A model generated the notes under the pieces. The model saw only the letters and a program-made list of their open reading frames with translations, was not told where the DNA came from and made no database searches. Positions 62,128-64,000 of a stretch of DNA of 64,000 nucleotides are shown one piece after another. The DNA lies in NCBI GenBank assembly GCA_965219345.1, contig OZ244732.1, positions 576,001 through 640,000 on the forward strand. Reading direction: 5' to 3'. This stretch comes from Nitrosopumilus sp. (GTDB lineage: Archaea; Thermoproteota; Nitrososphaeria; Nitrososphaerales; Nitrosopumilaceae). Positions within the stretch are counted from its first letter, which is position 1. Each line of letters begins with the position of its first letter. Made by a program: the position numbers and the translations under genes.

Positions 62128-62658
62128 CTAATCTTGACGCAATTTAGATGCAATCTCCAAAGTTTCATCTACCATCTCTTTTAGTCTATTTTGTGCATTC
62201 ATATCTGAAACAGAATTATCAGTGATAGCTTCAGTGGTTAGAAATACAGCCTTAGGATTTGCTACTACTCTAAAGTATGATAACAATTGTGTGATTAACG
62301 TCTGGACATCGGTAAAACCAATATTTCCAGAAGCTAAAATTGCCATTCCAGATACCTTTCCTGCAGTTTTTTTATAATTGATATATTCAAACAAATTTTT
62401 CAATGCTGAGCTAAAAAACGAATTGTAGATTGGTGTTCCTATTAACCATACATCTGCATCTGTGATGTCATCAGATGCTGTCTTTGTAGCTTCATTGTAT
62501 TCTTCACCATATCCTCTATAACATTCAACTTGACCATCTGAAAGATTGATCAATTTTGTGTCTTGGTTTTTTGATTTAGCATAATCATAAACATACTTCA
62601 TCATAACTTGTGTAAGCGCATTTTTTCTTGGACTTCCAGAAATAACTACAACCTTCAT
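62128..62658 (-). CDS. NAD(P)H-dependent FMN reductase
   Basis: ISGSPR, TPIYN....LKN. Confidence 0.9.
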   Translation of the reverse strand: MKVVVISGSPRKNALTQVMMKYVYDYAKSKNQDTKLINLSDGQVECYRGYGEEYNEATKTASDDITDADVWLIGTPIYNSFFSSALKNLFEYINYKKTAGKVSGMAILASGNIGFTDVQTLITQLLSYFRVVANPKAVFLTTEAITDNSVSDMNAQNRLKEMVDETLEIASKLRQD

Positions 62659-62710
62659 ATCTCAAATCACCTATCTTTGTATATAAATTTCCATGACTTT
62701 TAAAATTTAA

Positions 62711-62802
62711 CGGGCTTGGAGGGCTTCGATCCCTCGACCTGTAACTTAGGAGGTTACCACGCTATCCATATTTCGCGTCAAATGACTCTGCGCCACAAGC
62801 CC
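62711..62802 (-). tRNA. tRNA-Arg(CCT) with a ~17-nt intron in the D-loop (62771-62787)
   Basis: GGGCTTG/CAAGCCC acceptor, GTAAC-CTCCTAA-GTTAC anticodon arm; removing AGTCATTTGACGCGAAA gives a 75-nt cloverleaf. Confidence 0.88.
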
Positions 62803-62827
62803 AGCAAAAAAAAACACTCTTAATTAT

Positions 62828-63538
62828 TTAAGCGTAATCAAGATTATCCCTGATCATTTCTTTAATGCCGTTCCAATTTTTATTTTCTTTGTCATTCCAT
62901 TTTTCAAAATATACAACATCTTTTAGATCAAGTCTTGGTAACCAACCTGCAGTTTCAAGATCTGGTTTTCCTGCAAACTCATCAACATATCCCAAACACA
63001 AGTATGCAACAGGAATAACATGTTCTGGTAAAGCCAGAGTCTCTTTTAGAGTTTCATTTGAAAGAATACTCACCCATCCAAGACCCACTCCTTCTGCTCT
63101 TGCTGATAACCATAAATTTTGGATTGCACAGCATACACTATATAGTCCTGCTTCAGGCATGCTTGATCTCCCAATAACAAAAGGCCCAAATTTTGTAGGA
63201 TCATATGTTACACAAAGATTTACTGAAGACTCTAAAATTCCTTCTAGCTTGAATGAAAGATATTTTGATCTCTTTGGGTCTTCAACTAGTTTTGATGAAC
63301 GATTTTTTTCTTCCTCAAAAGATTCTTTGATTTTCTTTTTTGTTTCAATCTCTTTTATCAAGATGAAATTCCATGGTTGAGAAAATCCTACTGATGGGGC
63401 ATGATGTGCAGCATGCAGAATTTTTGATAAAATATCATCTTCTATAGGCTTGGAGATAAAATGAGTTCTAACATCTCTTCTTGAATAAATTGCCTTATAG
63501 AATCCTCTTTTTTCTTCCTCAGTAAAATCCTCTGTCAA
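62828..63538 (-). CDS. bluB: 5,6-dimethylbenzimidazole synthase
   Basis: RRDVR.F, APSVGFSQPW.F, KLEGI, CAIQNLWL.ARAEG.G.GWVS. Confidence 0.93.
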   Translation of the reverse strand: MTEDFTEEEKRGFYKAIYSRRDVRTHFISKPIEDDILSKILHAAHHAPSVGFSQPWNFILIKEIETKKKIKESFEEEKNRSSKLVEDPKRSKYLSFKLEGILESSVNLCVTYDPTKFGPFVIGRSSMPEAGLYSVCCAIQNLWLSARAEGVGLGWVSILSNETLKETLALPEHVIPVAYLCLGYVDEFAGKPDLETAGWLPRLDLKDVVYFEKWNDKENKNWNGIKEMIRDNLDYA

Positions 63539-63620
63539 CTATTTCACGCTTCCTTTCTTTTTATTCATTCTTTCTTTTGTTAAACGTTAATAATGCCAGC
63601 ACCTAGTCTTGTTTTTCAAT

Positions 63621-63694
63621 GGGCCGGTAGTCTAGCTGGTTAGGATACCGCCTCGACACGGCGGTGATCGTGAGTTCGAATCTCACTCGGCCCA
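63621..63694 (+). tRNA. tRNA-Val(GAC)
   Basis: GGGCCGG/TCGGCCC acceptor, CCGCC-TCGACAC-GGCGG anticodon arm, GTGAG-TTCGAAT-CTCAC T-arm, T-run downstream. Confidence 0.9.
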
Positions 63695-63703
63695 CTTTTT
63701 TAA

Positions 63704-64000
63704 TTAAAAACCTGTTTTGAATTCTTTGTCAATAGTCATCCATGAAGATTGAGTAGTAATGCTTCCTTCTGCTGAAAAACTAATGATTCTATTTTCTATG
63801 GCATCTTGATAAATTTCTGAATTACCTTCAGACTTATCAAGAATAAATATACTTTTCAAAGGAAGTTCTATCCCTGGAAAAAATCCGGCTCTTCCTGGCA
63901 TTGAAATATCTACTGTAGAGTACTGTCCAGAACCCAACAGAATCCCATCACCGTAAAGATCATATGCAATCAGTGGAACTGTAAATGTTTTATCACTTGG
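63704..64000 (-). CDS. Hypothetical protein, C-terminal part (starts beyond the window)
   Basis: Frame open from 64000 (PSDKTFTVPLIAYDLYGDG...) to the stop at 63704. Confidence 0.55.
   Translation of the reverse strand, partial: PSDKTFTVPLIAYDLYGDGILLGSGQYSTVDISMPGRAGFFPGIELPLKSIFILDKSEGNSEIYQDAIENRIISFSAEGSITTQSSWMTIDKEFKTGF

Noticed and set aside
829-63380. Numerous antisense or overlapping ORFs in the track (e.g. 2179..2586, 9932..10288, 43688..44095, 62865..63380)
   Set aside because: Shadows of well-supported genes on the opposite strand, with no recognisable motifs.

Overview
AT-rich archaeal chromosomal segment whose gene content, order and tRNA features match a Nitrosopumilus-like ammonia-oxidising archaeon (Nitrososphaerota/Thaumarchaeota). 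The backbone holds intact core genes (GGGP synthase, PolD DP2, glyA, thermosome, glnA, GINS, cca, rnz, prs, rpoL-tfs-pcn, lysC, cbiH, tyrS, bluB) and three tRNAs: Pro-GGG, Arg-CCT with a D-loop intron, and Val-GAC. Four foreign insertions interrupt it. (1) An 8.9-kb element sits in tRNA-Pro between 26-bp att repeats. It has a nonsense-inactivated tyrosine integrase, a PyrE-like plus degenerate-PRTase pair, a TPR protein, a coiled-coil nuclease-like protein and a decayed GHKL ATPase. (2) A 3,381-bp integrase-less rolling-circle replicon is inserted into the host sirtuin (cobB) gene through a 9-bp ATTTGCAAA core. The crossover also splits the element's own HUH Rep gene at the predicted catalytic-Tyr motif, so excision would rejoin both genes. 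This is the most striking feature of the window. (3) A 5.2-kb island bounded by CCCTAATTGA repeats carries a DprA + ComF-like PRTase pair, a TPR-PRTase and a PIN-like protein, resembling an antiviral module. (4) About 760 bp of foreign DNA replaces the middle of a probable mtrA-like gene. Several small Cys-rich ORFs missed by the ORF track are also reported. All family assignments are by motif recognition and memory; no searches were run.
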